DNA of 32,000 nt from Candidatus Saccharimonadota bacterium. GTDB taxonomy: Bacteria; Bacteroidota; Bacteroidia; Flavobacteriales; Blattabacteriaceae. The DNA is taken from the NCBI RefSeq assembly GCF_028673255.1, contig NZ_CP110504.1, positions 1-32,000 of the forward strand, given 5' to 3'. Below the pieces are notes generated by a model. The model searched no databases. It was not told where the DNA came from and saw only the letters and a program-made list of their open reading frames with translations. Numbering within the stretch: the stretch's first letter is position 1; the number at the start of each line of letters is the position of its first letter. Shown piece by piece: positions 1 to 8,329 of the stretch. Position numbers and translations under genes: made by a program.

Positions 1-43
1 TGATTCGCAAGTACAAGATGTTGATTATGAAGAAGTAAAATAA
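1..43 (+). CDS. rpoB: 3' end of an upstream CDS, probably RNA polymerase beta subunit (partial, runs off the window start)
   Basis: Frame 2 is open from the window edge and reads DSQVQDVDYEEVK before a TAA at 41-43. It lies 41 nt upstream of rpoC, matching the conserved rpoB-rpoC arrangement. Only 13 codons are visible, so identity rests on synteny alone. Confidence 0.4.
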   Translation, partial: DSQVQDVDYEEVK

Positions 44-84
44 ATAAAAGAATATGTTTTACTTAGGAATAAAGTTTACTCAAG

Positions 85-3000
85 ATGTTGTTTATGATTA
101 AACAAGTTTCAATATCAATATCATCACCCGAAGAAATTTTGAATGAATCTTCAGGTGAAGTAGTAAAAGCTGAAACAATAAACTATAGAACTTATAGGCC
201 TGAACCAGATGGTTTATTTTGTGAAAGAATCTTTGGTCCTACTAAAAACTATGAATGTTATTGTGGAAAATATAAAAATAAACGTTATAATGGAGTAGTT
301 TGCAATACTTGTGGTGTAAAAATAACAAACCAAAATGCTCGTAGGAAAAGATTCGGCCATATAACTCTTGCATCACCAATAATTCATATTTGGTTTTTTA
401 GATGTTTTCCTAACAAATTAGCTACTTTACTAAAACTGCAAGCAGAAGACGTAGAAAAAATAATTTATTCAGAAAAATATATACTACTTGATAAAGGTGA
501 TTTTGAAAAACAATTATTCTTTATAAAAAACTTTGAGCTGATTAGCTTACGACTTTATAAAAAAATAAAAAAATTAATAAAAAGAAAAAAGCCAATAAAT
601 AAACCAATTCTAAAAACAGGAGCTAAAGCATTTGAACAAATTTTGAAAAAACTAAATCTACAAATTTTAGAAAAAGATTTAAGGGAAGAAAAAAAAATAT
701 TAAAATCAAACTTTAAAAAAGACTATCTAAATTATAGATTAAAAACCATAAGCGAAATAATCGATGGTAAAGAAACGTATAAGAATATAGTTTTAAATAT
801 TCTACCAGTTATTCCTCCAGAAATACGACCGTTAGTTCAGCTTGAGAATGGAAAATATGCTACTTCAGACTTAAATGAATTCTACAGAAAAATAATTATA
901 AGAAATAATAGGTTAAAAAAATTTCAAAATATTAGAGTTCCACAAATAATAATACGTAACGAAAGACGTTTATTACAAGAGTCAGTAGATTCCTTGTTTG
1001 ATAACTCAAAAAAAATAATACCGATAAAAAGTGAAAATAATAGAGTGATTAAATCATTATCAGATGGTTTAAAAGGAAAACTAGGAAGATTCAGGTTTAA
1101 TTTATTGGGAAAACGAGTTGATTATTCAGCAAGATCAGTAATTATATCTGGCCCAAAATTAAAATTATATGAGTGTGGGTTACCTAGAAAGATGTTAATA
1201 GAATTATTTAGACCATATATACTAAACAAAATATTAGAAAATGGAAAAACCATAAATTTAAAAGAAGCAAAAAAGATAATTAGCAAAAAAAAAAAGTTAA
1301 TATGGAAGTTATTAAATCATTTAATATACAAATATCCGATCTTACTAAATAGAGCACCAACTTTACACAAATTAGGTATTCAATGTTTTTATCCTAAAAT
1401 AACTGAAGAAAAAGCTATAGAATTACATCCATTGGTATGTGCTGGCTTTAATGCTGACTTTGATGGAGATCAAATGGCTGTCCATATACCATTATCAAAG
1501 GAAGCTATTTTAGAGGCAAAATGCCTTATGTTACCTACACAAAATATATTAAATCCGGCAAATGGAAATCCAATATTAGTCCCATCACAAGATATGCTGT
1601 TAGGTTTGTATTACTTAAGTAAGGAAATGAAGACCAAAGAACACAAACTAAGAAAATTTTCAAATACGAAAGAAGTACAAATAGCTTATAACAATAATAT
1701 AATAGATATAAATACTAAGATATTGGTAATGATGAAGAAAAAATTAGTTTCAACTACAGCAGGTAAAGTATTATTCAACCTCCTACTCCCTAAAGGAGTA
1801 GGTTATTATAATAGAATTTTAACGAAAACATCATTATCAAAAATAATAAAACAAATATTTTTCAAAACAAATAGTTACAAAACGATAAAATTTCTTGATA
1901 ATATTAAAGAAATAGGTTTTGAAACTTCATTCAATGCTGGTTTTTCATTAAACTTAGAAGACCTAACAATTCCAGATATAAAAAAAAAAATACTAGAAAA
2001 AGCATTAAAAAAAAAGAAACAAATAAATATTAAAAATAAAAACGAAGACAATGAAATAAAATACCATACAAAAATAAAATTTTGGAGTAAAATAAATAAT
2101 AAATTAACCAAGAAAATAATAACTTATTTAAAAAAAAGTCAAAAAGGTTTAAATCCGATTTACATGATGCTTAATTCAGGTGCTAGAAGTTCAATAGAAC
2201 AAATAAGACAAATTTCAGGTATGAGAGGATTAATGGCAAAACCTCAAAAAAATATAGAATCAAAAAATATAATTGAAAATCCAATCTATTCAAATTTTCT
2301 AGAAGGTTTATCTAATTATGAATATTTTATATCTACTCACGGGGCAAGAAAGGGATTAGCAGATACTGCATTAAAAACTGCTGATGCTGGCTATTTAACT
2401 AGGCGATTAGTTGATGTAGCTCAAGATGTTGTAATAACAAAAACAGATTGTAAAACATTAGTAGGTATATATGTTACACAATTAATAATAAAAAATCAAA
2501 TAATAGAGAGTATAGATGAAAGAGTATTAGGCAGAATATCGTTACAAAACATTTATGATAAAAATAGAAAAAGAATTATTCTTAAAAAATATGAATTAAT
2601 AGATGAAAAAAGAGCTAAATTAATTAAAGAAAGTAATATAAAACAAATTAAAGTTCGTTCACCTATAACTTGTAAAGCGAAAAAAGGAATATGTATCAAA
2701 TGCTATGGTATAAATTTATCAACGGGGCGACTAGCTCAAAAAGGTGATGCTGTAGGGATATTAGCAGCGCAATCTATTGGAGAACCAGGTACACAATTAA
2801 CTCTACGTACTTTTCATATAGGAGGAACTGCAGGAAATGTAGCAGAAAGCAATAAATTATTTTCTAATTATAATGGAAAACTAAAATACCAAAACCTCAA
2901 AGCAATAAAAAAAAAAAACTACAGTATAGTGATTTCTAAAAAAGCTAATATTAAAATTTATATTTTAAATTCGAAAATAATATTAAATATAAACATTCCT

Positions 3001-4185
3001 TATGGTAGTAAAATATTTATAAAAAATAACCAAACTCTGAAAAAAGGTGATTTAATTTATAAATGGTATCACCATTATTATCCGATAATATCAGAAATAA
3101 AATCTAAAGTGATCTTGAAAAATTTCTATGAATACAGAAATTTCATAAAAAAAAGAAAAACAGGTAATAGTTCATTTCAAGAAGTAAAAATAGTTAAAAA
3201 TAATCTACACGATTACTGCATACCATATATTTGTTTAATAATTAAAGAAAAACAAAAAATAAAATTAAAAAAATATCCTTTACCAACAGGTTCACAAGTA
3301 TTAGTAAAAAACTTAGAAGAAACGAAAGCAGGGCAACTAATAGCCAAAATACCAAGAAGATTTTTAAACTCGACAGATATAACAGGAGGCTTACCAAGGG
3401 TCTCAGAATTATTAGAAACAAGAAAACCCTTCAATTCAGCGATTATATCAGAAGTAAAAGGGAGAGTAAAGTATGGCAGAAGAAAAAGAAAAAAACAAGA
3501 AATTTTTATTAAAACTAAAAAAGGCAGAAAAAAAAGATATAATATAAATATAGAAAAAAAAATATTAGTTAATGACAACGAGAATATTAAAGCTGGAAAT
3601 AAATTATCAGAAGGAGAAATAGCAATAAATGAAATATTAACAATAAAAGGAATATATGCATTACAAAAATATTTAATTAATGAAATACAAGAAGTCTATA
3701 GATTAGAAGGAGTTAAGATAGATGATAAACATTTTGAAATAATAATACGACAAATGCTGAAAAAAATTAAAATCATAAATTCAGGAGATACAAAATTATT
3801 AGAAGGAAATATAGTAGATAAAGAAATTTTCTATTCAGAAAATAAAAAAATAAGAACGTTTAAAATAATAACATTTAATGCAAATCCTAAAGTAGGCTTA
3901 TTAGTAGGAGATAAAATAACCAAAAAAAAACTAAAAAGAATAAAAAATAAAGAAGAAATTAAAACAAGAGAACCAAGACCAGCAATTGGACTCACAATAT
4001 TACTAGGTATTACTAAATCAGCTTTACAAAATCAATCATTTTTATCAGCTGCATCATTCCAAGAAACTACAAAAATATTAAGTGAATCAGCACTAAGAAG
4101 ACAAAAAGATAATTTAAAAGGTCTAAAAGAAAATGTAATTTTGGGAAATAAAATTCCAGCAGGAACAGGTTTCAAACAGGCTTAA
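85..4185 (+). CDS. rpoC: DNA-directed RNA polymerase beta' subunit
   Basis: 1366-aa ORF. It has an N-terminal Zn-finger-like CYCGKYKNKRYNGVVCNTCG and the catalytic NADFDGDQM motif encoded at 1450-1476. Trigger-loop and bridge-helix-like segments are present (GLADTALKTADAGYLTRRLVDVAQD, AAQSIGEPGTQLTLRTFH). The start could also be the ATG at 94. Confidence 0.98.
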   Translation: MLFMIKQVSISISSPEEILNESSGEVVKAETINYRTYRPEPDGLFCERIFGPTKNYECYCGKYKNKRYNGVVCNTCGVKITNQNARRKRFGHITLASPIIHIWFFRCFPNKLATLLKLQAEDVEKIIYSEKYILLDKGDFEKQLFFIKNFELISLRLYKKIKKLIKRKKPINKPILKTGAKAFEQILKKLNLQILEKDLREEKKILKSNFKKDYLNYRLKTISEIIDGKETYKNIVLNILPVIPPEIRPLVQLENGKYATSDLNEFYRKIIIRNNRLKKFQNIRVPQIIIRNERRLLQESVDSLFDNSKKIIPIKSENNRVIKSLSDGLKGKLGRFRFNLLGKRVDYSARSVIISGPKLKLYECGLPRKMLIELFRPYILNKILENGKTINLKEAKKIISKKKKLIWKLLNHLIYKYPILLNRAPTLHKLGIQCFYPKITEEKAIELHPLVCAGFNADFDGDQMAVHIPLSKEAILEAKCLMLPTQNILNPANGNPILVPSQDMLLGLYYLSKEMKTKEHKLRKFSNTKEVQIAYNNNIIDINTKILVMMKKKLVSTTAGKVLFNLLLPKGVGYYNRILTKTSLSKIIKQIFFKTNSYKTIKFLDNIKEIGFETSFNAGFSLNLEDLTIPDIKKKILEKALKKKKQINIKNKNEDNEIKYHTKIKFWSKINNKLTKKIITYLKKSQKGLNPIYMMLNSGARSSIEQIRQISGMRGLMAKPQKNIESKNIIENPIYSNFLEGLSNYEYFISTHGARKGLADTALKTADAGYLTRRLVDVAQDVVITKTDCKTLVGIYVTQLIIKNQIIESIDERVLGRISLQNIYDKNRKRIILKKYELIDEKRAKLIKESNIKQIKVRSPITCKAKKGICIKCYGINLSTGRLAQKGDAVGILAAQSIGEPGTQLTLRTFHIGGTAGNVAESNKLFSNYNGKLKYQNLKAIKKKNYSIVISKKANIKIYILNSKIILNINIPYGSKIFIKNNQTLKKGDLIYKWYHHYYPIISEIKSKVILKNFYEYRNFIKKRKTGNSSFQEVKIVKNNLHDYCIPYICLIIKEKQKIKLKKYPLPTGSQVLVKNLEETKAGQLIAKIPRRFLNSTDITGGLPRVSELLETRKPFNSAIISEVKGRVKYGRRKRKKQEIFIKTKKGRKKRYNINIEKKILVNDNENIKAGNKLSEGEIAINEILTIKGIYALQKYLINEIQEVYRLEGVKIDDKHFEIIIRQMLKKIKIINSGDTKLLEGNIVDKEIFYSENKKIRTFKIITFNANPKVGLLVGDKITKKKLKRIKNKEEIKTREPRPAIGLTILLGITKSALQNQSFLSAASFQETTKILSESALRRQKDNLKGLKENVILGNKIPAGTGFKQA

Positions 4186-4960
4186 ATAAAGTCCTTTTGC
4201 AGGATTCAAGAAATATGCTTTTAGGATAACGAACTCTAACTAAATAAAGTCCTTTTGCAGGAACTGAAGGACAAGAAAGTATTTTTTTCTGTTTGTTTAT
4301 AAAAGAGCAAAATTCCAACATGTTAATTTTTCCAATTCCTAAATACAAAAATGTCCCAATTATTCGTCTTACCATGTTTCGTAAGAATCTATTTGCTATA
4401 AGATCAATATATAAAACTCTATTACGAATGCTCCAAGTAAAATAATATAATTTACATAAATTCAAAGAATTGGGTGAAATTTTTTTACCAAAAGGACTGA
4501 AATCATCAAGATTTTTTAAAATAAAACCAGCTTTGTTCATTATACCATAATTTATTTTTCGAAATGGAAATTTTAAATAATTATAACTAAAAGGTCCTCT
4601 ACAAAGATTTATCCTGTATTGGTAATGCCTACTGATAACATCATATCTTGCACTAGCATTAGTTTTAACTTGAAGAATATTTCGAATTACTATATAATTA
4701 GGCAATAGTATATTAATTTTATTTACAAATTTTTTTGTTTTTAATACCTTAACAGAATCAAAATGTGCAAACATTTGTATTGCGTTGACGCCAGTATCTG
4801 TACGACTTGCACCTAGAATAGAAATGTTCTTTCTTAAGATCAAAGCTATGCACTTTGCGAGAGTATCTTGGATAGAAATTTGCTTTTTATGTTTGGATTT
4901 CTGTATTTGCCATCCACTAAAATACTTACCATTATATGAAAGTTCTAAGAAATATCTCAT
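4172..4960 (-). CDS. truA: tRNA pseudouridine(38-40) synthase TruA
   Basis: 262-aa ORF beginning MRYFLELSYNGKYFSGWQIQ, the typical TruA N-terminus. It contains GASRTDTGVNA, which carries the catalytic Asp. It ends in TGA and overlaps the rpoC 3' end convergently by 14 nt. Confidence 0.93.
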   Translation of the reverse strand: MRYFLELSYNGKYFSGWQIQKSKHKKQISIQDTLAKCIALILRKNISILGASRTDTGVNAIQMFAHFDSVKVLKTKKFVNKINILLPNYIVIRNILQVKTNASARYDVISRHYQYRINLCRGPFSYNYLKFPFRKINYGIMNKAGFILKNLDDFSPFGKKISPNSLNLCKLYYFTWSIRNRVLYIDLIANRFLRNMVRRIIGTFLYLGIGKINMLEFCSFINKQKKILSCPSVPAKGLYLVRVRYPKSIFLESCKRTLFKPV

Positions 4961-4970
4961 AAGAAAAACA

Positions 4971-5942
4971 ATGCATAAGAGAATTATTCGAAAGTATTAT
5001 AAATTTATTTTTAAAAAACAAGATGTTGCTGCAAGATTAGATAATTACTTAATAGATAAATTACCAAAAAGGTATACAAGAAACATAATACAGAAAATAA
5101 TAATACTAGGAAATGTATATATAAATAAAAAACAAATTAAAAATAAAAAACATTTATTAAAATCAAAAGATAGAATCGAAATTTTTACACTTTATCTAAA
5201 TAAAAAAGAAGCGATATTAAAATGCGAAAGATTAAATCTTAGTATTCTTTACGAAGATGAATATTTATTAATAATTAATAAACAATTTAATTTAGTAGTT
5301 CATCCTGGAACTAGAAATCAAGAAGGAACATTGCTAAATGGTATAAAATATTTGTTAGAAAACAAAGCTGAAACAAGAATACAATTAAAAAAGCCTTATA
5401 TAGCTAATAGGATAGATAAAGAAACTAGTGGTTTAATAATGGTAGCGACCGATGAAAAAATAGTACAAAATTTATCAAAACAATTTTCATTAAATTGGAT
5501 CAAAAAAAAATATATAGCAGTAGTTAATGGAATAATAAAAGAAGAGCAAATAAACAAAATATCAAAAATAGTAATATCAAGAAAGAAAGGGAAATCAAGA
5601 AAGAAAGTATGTTTTTCAACTTTTAAAGTAATAGAAAGATTAAGAGATCTTACAGTATTAAAATGTATAATTTCTTCTGGAAGAACCCATCAAATAAGAG
5701 TTCATTTAAAAGAATTAGGATATACTATATTCAACGAGAAAAAATATAGTATAGATAAAATATACTACGAGAAAATAGCATCATACAAAAAAAAAATAAT
5801 TTCTAGGATAATACAAGATTCTAAATTTCTTGCACTACATGCTAAATCACTAGAACTAATTCATCCAATATTTCTAAAGTACCTTCAATTTACTTCAATA
5901 ATTCCATTTGAGATATACATGTTAATAAAAATTATGTTTTAA
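4971..5942 (+). CDS. rluD: RluA/RluD-family 23S rRNA pseudouridine synthase with an N-terminal S4 domain
   Basis: I place the start at the internal ATG at 4971 (MHKRIIRKYY...). The longer 4785 ORF runs antisense through truA. An S4-like segment (AARLDNYLIDKL...), the catalytic motif NRIDKETSGLIMVA and GRTHQIRVH are present. Confidence 0.85.
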   Translation: MHKRIIRKYYKFIFKKQDVAARLDNYLIDKLPKRYTRNIIQKIIILGNVYINKKQIKNKKHLLKSKDRIEIFTLYLNKKEAILKCERLNLSILYEDEYLLIINKQFNLVVHPGTRNQEGTLLNGIKYLLENKAETRIQLKKPYIANRIDKETSGLIMVATDEKIVQNLSKQFSLNWIKKKYIAVVNGIIKEEQINKISKIVISRKKGKSRKKVCFSTFKVIERLRDLTVLKCIISSGRTHQIRVHLKELGYTIFNEKKYSIDKIYYEKIASYKKKIISRIIQDSKFLALHAKSLELIHPIFLKYLQFTSIIPFEIYMLIKIMF

Positions 5943-6030
5943 ATTCATTAAAAAATATAGCTAATGCTAGAAAGAATTATGAATTTTAGCTAATTTAGAT
6001 GAAAATTAATTTTCAAAAGACAGAAACTAC

Positions 6031-6081
6031 TTAGTAAAGAATCTTATATTAATTATCTTACTTATTAGTAAAGAATCTTAT
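6031..6081. repeat. Perfect 17-bp direct repeat (TTAGTAAAGAATCTTAT) at 6031-6047 and 6065-6081; the second copy abuts the tRNA-His 5' end
   Basis: Read directly from the sequence. The two copies are identical and 34 bp apart. Confidence 0.9.
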
Positions 6082-6156
6082 GGTAAACGTAGCTCAATTG
6101 GTTAGAGCATTAGATTGTGGTTCTAAAGTGTGTCGGTTCAATTCCGATCGTTTACC
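6082..6156 (+). tRNA. tRNA-His (anticodon GTG) with an encoded G-1
   Basis: The cloverleaf parses as G / GTAAACG TA GCTC AATTGGTTA GAGC A TTAGA TTGTGGT TCTAA AGTGT GTCGG TTCAATT CCGAT CGTTTAC C. The anticodon loop TTGTGGT gives GTG. The extra 5' G pairs with C73, which is the His identity feature. Confidence 0.9.
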
Positions 6157-6203
6157 CAGACTGGTAATACTATATCATTCATTAGAAGAGAAGAAAGATA
6201 GTA

Positions 6204-6323
6204 TTAATGATTTAAAAACGAAGAGATTTGATCAGAATGAATAAATATATCACGAAAGCAATATCTATCATTCTTATAGTAACAAAGAATTAATCTAGTA
6301 ATTTTATTCTTATGATTCTTCAT
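6204..6323 (-). CDS. Small 39-aa ORF immediately downstream of rpmG, a possible DUF4295-like small protein (absent from the supplied ORF track because it is short)
   Basis: ATG at 6323-6321 and TAA at 6206-6204. It translates to MKNHKNKITRLILCYYKNDRYCFRDIFIHSDQISSFLNH and starts 8 nt after the rpmG stop on the same strand. From memory, Bacteroidota carry a roughly 50-aa DUF4295 gene after rpmB-rpmG with a ...GAY.F.E....V..F.. pattern. The match here (DRYCFRD...QISSFL) is loose. Confidence 0.45.
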   Translation of the reverse strand: MKNHKNKITRLILCYYKNDRYCFRDIFIHSDQISSFLNH

Positions 6324-6331
6324 ATTAAGAT

Positions 6332-6523
6332 TTAGATTTCTTTATGAAGAGTAACCCTATTTAAAAATGGATTGAATTTACGTAACTTCAATTTACGAGA
6401 AGTATTAATTCTGTTTTTAGTAGTAAAATATCTAGATATACCATGGCTTACAATTTTGCTTTTTTGTTGTTCTAGACATTCTAATATAATTTGAATTCTC
6501 TTTAATTTAGCTTTGTTTCTCAT
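6332..6523 (-). CDS. rpmG: 50S ribosomal protein L33
   Basis: From the internal ATG at 6523 it reads [63 protein letters not shown]. This matches the Bacteroidota L33 pattern (..IQVILEC.E......SRY.TTKN..NT..RLEL.K.NP.L...T.HKEI). It overlaps the rpmB 3' end by 17 nt. Confidence 0.92.
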   Translation of the reverse strand: MRNKAKLKRIQIILECLEQQKSKIVSHGISRYFTTKNRINTSRKLKLRKFNPFLNRVTLHKEI

Positions 6524-6749
6524 AGTGTGAGATGTTCTTATAAAGAATCTTGAAAGAAAGACCATTTTTATAAAGTATTTTTAACCCTTTCTTAGAAAGA
6601 AAAATATTAATCCATTTATTTTTATTAATAAGAAAAATACGTTTTCGCAAAATATTAGTTTTAAAAATTCTACTGCTTTTTTTATTAGAATGTGAAATTT
6701 TTTTACCAAATACATTTTTTTTACCAGTTATTTGACAAAATTTAGACAT
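6507..6749 (-). CDS. rpmB: 50S ribosomal protein L28
   Basis: 80-aa ORF starting [29 protein letters not shown], the classic L28 N-terminus (MS..C.ITGK....GN.VSHSN.KT.R.F). Confidence 0.9.
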   Translation of the reverse strand: MSKFCQITGKKNVFGKKISHSNKKSSRIFKTNILRKRIFLINKNKWINIFLSKKGLKILYKNGLSFKILYKNISHYEKQS

Positions 6750-6750
6750 A

Positions 6751-7986
6751 TTATAACAGAATTTTATTATCCAGAAAGTAGTTAATTAAAACTTTAGGAA
6801 TTTGAATATATTCGCTAAATTGATAATTTTCGATTAATGCAGCAAACAATCGAGGAATAGCTAAAGAGCTTCCATTTAAAGTATGACAAAAATATTTTTT
6901 TCCATCATTATTAATGAATTTAATACCCATTCGATGAGATTGAAAATTTGTACAATTAGAAACAGAGCTAACTTCCAACCATTTATTTTGTCCAGGAGAA
7001 AACACTTCAAAATCATAAGTCAAAGCAGAAGTAACCCCTAAATACTTAGAAGAAATATTAATAATACGAAAAGGAATATTGAAAGAAGATAAAAGATTTT
7101 TAACATGTCTAACCATGTGATTAAAAGATTTATAAGAGTCAGTATCAGAAGTAATTTCTATAATTTCAACTTTATCAAACTGATGTAATCTATTTAACCC
7201 TTTCACTTTTAGTCCATATGATCCAGCTTCTCTTCTAAAACAAGAAGTAAAAGAGGTAGCTTTACAAGGTAAATCATTAATATTAAAAAGAGAACGTCTA
7301 AAAACATTGATTAAAGGGATTTCAGCAGTAGGAATTAAATATAATTTATCTTTTTCTAAAAAATACATTTGCTTTTTTTTATCAGGGAATTGGCCAGTAC
7401 CAAAAATAGAATTTTTATTTACTAAAAAAGGTAAAACATATTCCATATATCCAGCATTAATATTTTTATCTAAACAATATTGAATTAATGATCTTTGTAA
7501 CTTAGCCCCTTTATCAATATAAATGTTAAATCCACTACCAGAAATATGAGAAGCGAAATTAAAAAGATGAAACTTTTTTCCTAATTCCCAATGTGTTAGT
7601 AATTTATTTTTATAAGCTAATTTAAAATTTTGATAAAGTAAAATATCCTTGGTTAAAGGAACTTTCTTATAAAGTAGATTAGGAATTTGTATTAAAAGAT
7701 TAAAAATTTTTTTAGATAAAACGCTTAAGATAGCATCTAAAATTTTCATTTTTTTTTTATATCGAGTAGCTTTTTTTAGAAGCAAGCTATTATTAATCGT
7801 ATAACGAATAGAGAAAGAGATTTTTTTAAGTTTAGCAATGAAATATTTTTTAAGAACTATTTTATTAAATTTTTCTTTTTCTAATTTCAAAAGATAATCG
7901 ATAATATTTAACTTACTAAAGTTGCGTTTTATTAACCCCAAAATAACTTTCTTTTTATATTTTTTGATGAAAGAAGTAGTAAACAT
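6751..7986 (-). CDS. serS: Seryl-tRNA synthetase
   Basis: 411-aa ORF with a class II motif 2-like CFRREAGSYG, plus TAEIPL and a C-terminal GSSLAIPRLFAALIENYQ. The N-terminal part is basic and coiled-coil-like. Its stop lies 1 nt before the rpmB start. Confidence 0.95.
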   Translation of the reverse strand: MFTTSFIKKYKKKVILGLIKRNFSKLNIIDYLLKLEKEKFNKIVLKKYFIAKLKKISFSIRYTINNSLLLKKATRYKKKMKILDAILSVLSKKIFNLLIQIPNLLYKKVPLTKDILLYQNFKLAYKNKLLTHWELGKKFHLFNFASHISGSGFNIYIDKGAKLQRSLIQYCLDKNINAGYMEYVLPFLVNKNSIFGTGQFPDKKKQMYFLEKDKLYLIPTAEIPLINVFRRSLFNINDLPCKATSFTSCFRREAGSYGLKVKGLNRLHQFDKVEIIEITSDTDSYKSFNHMVRHVKNLLSSFNIPFRIINISSKYLGVTSALTYDFEVFSPGQNKWLEVSSVSNCTNFQSHRMGIKFINNDGKKYFCHTLNGSSLAIPRLFAALIENYQFSEYIQIPKVLINYFLDNKILL

Positions 7987-8029
7987 AACTTAAATTATAA
8001 CTTAAATTTTAAACTTATTCTGTAGTTTT

Positions 8030-8329
8030 CTAATATTGTAGATATATCCGCTTCAATAAATTCTCTAAAGTAGGAGTTAGTAAATATATAGCATCTAAGA
8101 CTCTCAAGAAAAGTAACACCAGCACAAAGAGCTAATAAGTATGAGCAATTAAAATATTAACATTTAAATTTATTCTTAATAAATGAATCAAATGAGTCCT
8201 AGTTATGGTAAAGATAACAGTTGCTATGCCATGAATTGTATATAAAGAATATTAGAAGTCATAGCTAAAGGGTAGATTACATACAATTACAGAGACTAAA
8301 AAACACATAAATAAAAGAATTTTATTGCT
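8030..8329 (-). pseudogene. Candidate relic of a small hydrophobic (membrane-like) protein gene: a 100-codon frame with two internal stops
   Basis: The minus-strand frame reads SNKILLFMCFLVSVIVCNLPFSYDF*YSLYTIHGIATVIFTITRTHLIHLLRINLNVNILIAHTY*LFVLVLLFLRVLDAIYLLTPTLENLLKRIYLQY*. The internal stops are at 8254-8252 (TAA) and 8134-8132 (TAG). It has the same orientation as the flanking leuS/tRNA-Phe and serS. It sits in the only long (380 bp) spacer of the window, which is visibly less AT-rich than other spacers. I could not recognise a family. Confidence 0.3.

Noticed and set aside
1875-2111. 78-aa minus-strand ORF inside rpoC
   Set aside because: It is antisense to a confidently assigned gene. 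It is a low-complexity F/L/I-rich translation of the complement of K/N/E-rich codons, which is a typical AT-rich shadow ORF.
3213-3578. 121-aa minus-strand ORF inside rpoC
   Set aside because: Same reasoning: a shadow ORF antisense to rpoC with a phenylalanine/leucine-rich low-complexity product.
4785-4970. N-terminal 62-codon extension of the rluD-like ORF in the supplied track
   Set aside because: The extension runs antisense through the truA 5' coding region and has no pseudouridine-synthase similarity. The ATG at 4971 begins the S4-domain-containing protein.
6166-6205. Inverted repeat AATACTAT…ATAGTATT just downstream of tRNA-His
   Set aside because: The 8-bp AT-only stem has a roughly 24-nt loop, which is not a credible terminator. 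It also overlaps the 3' end of the candidate small ORF on the other strand.
6524-6565. 14-codon N-terminal extension of the rpmG ORF ([14 protein letters not shown])
   Set aside because: L33 homology begins at the internal Met ([16 protein letters not shown]). The extension lies within the rpmB coding sequence.
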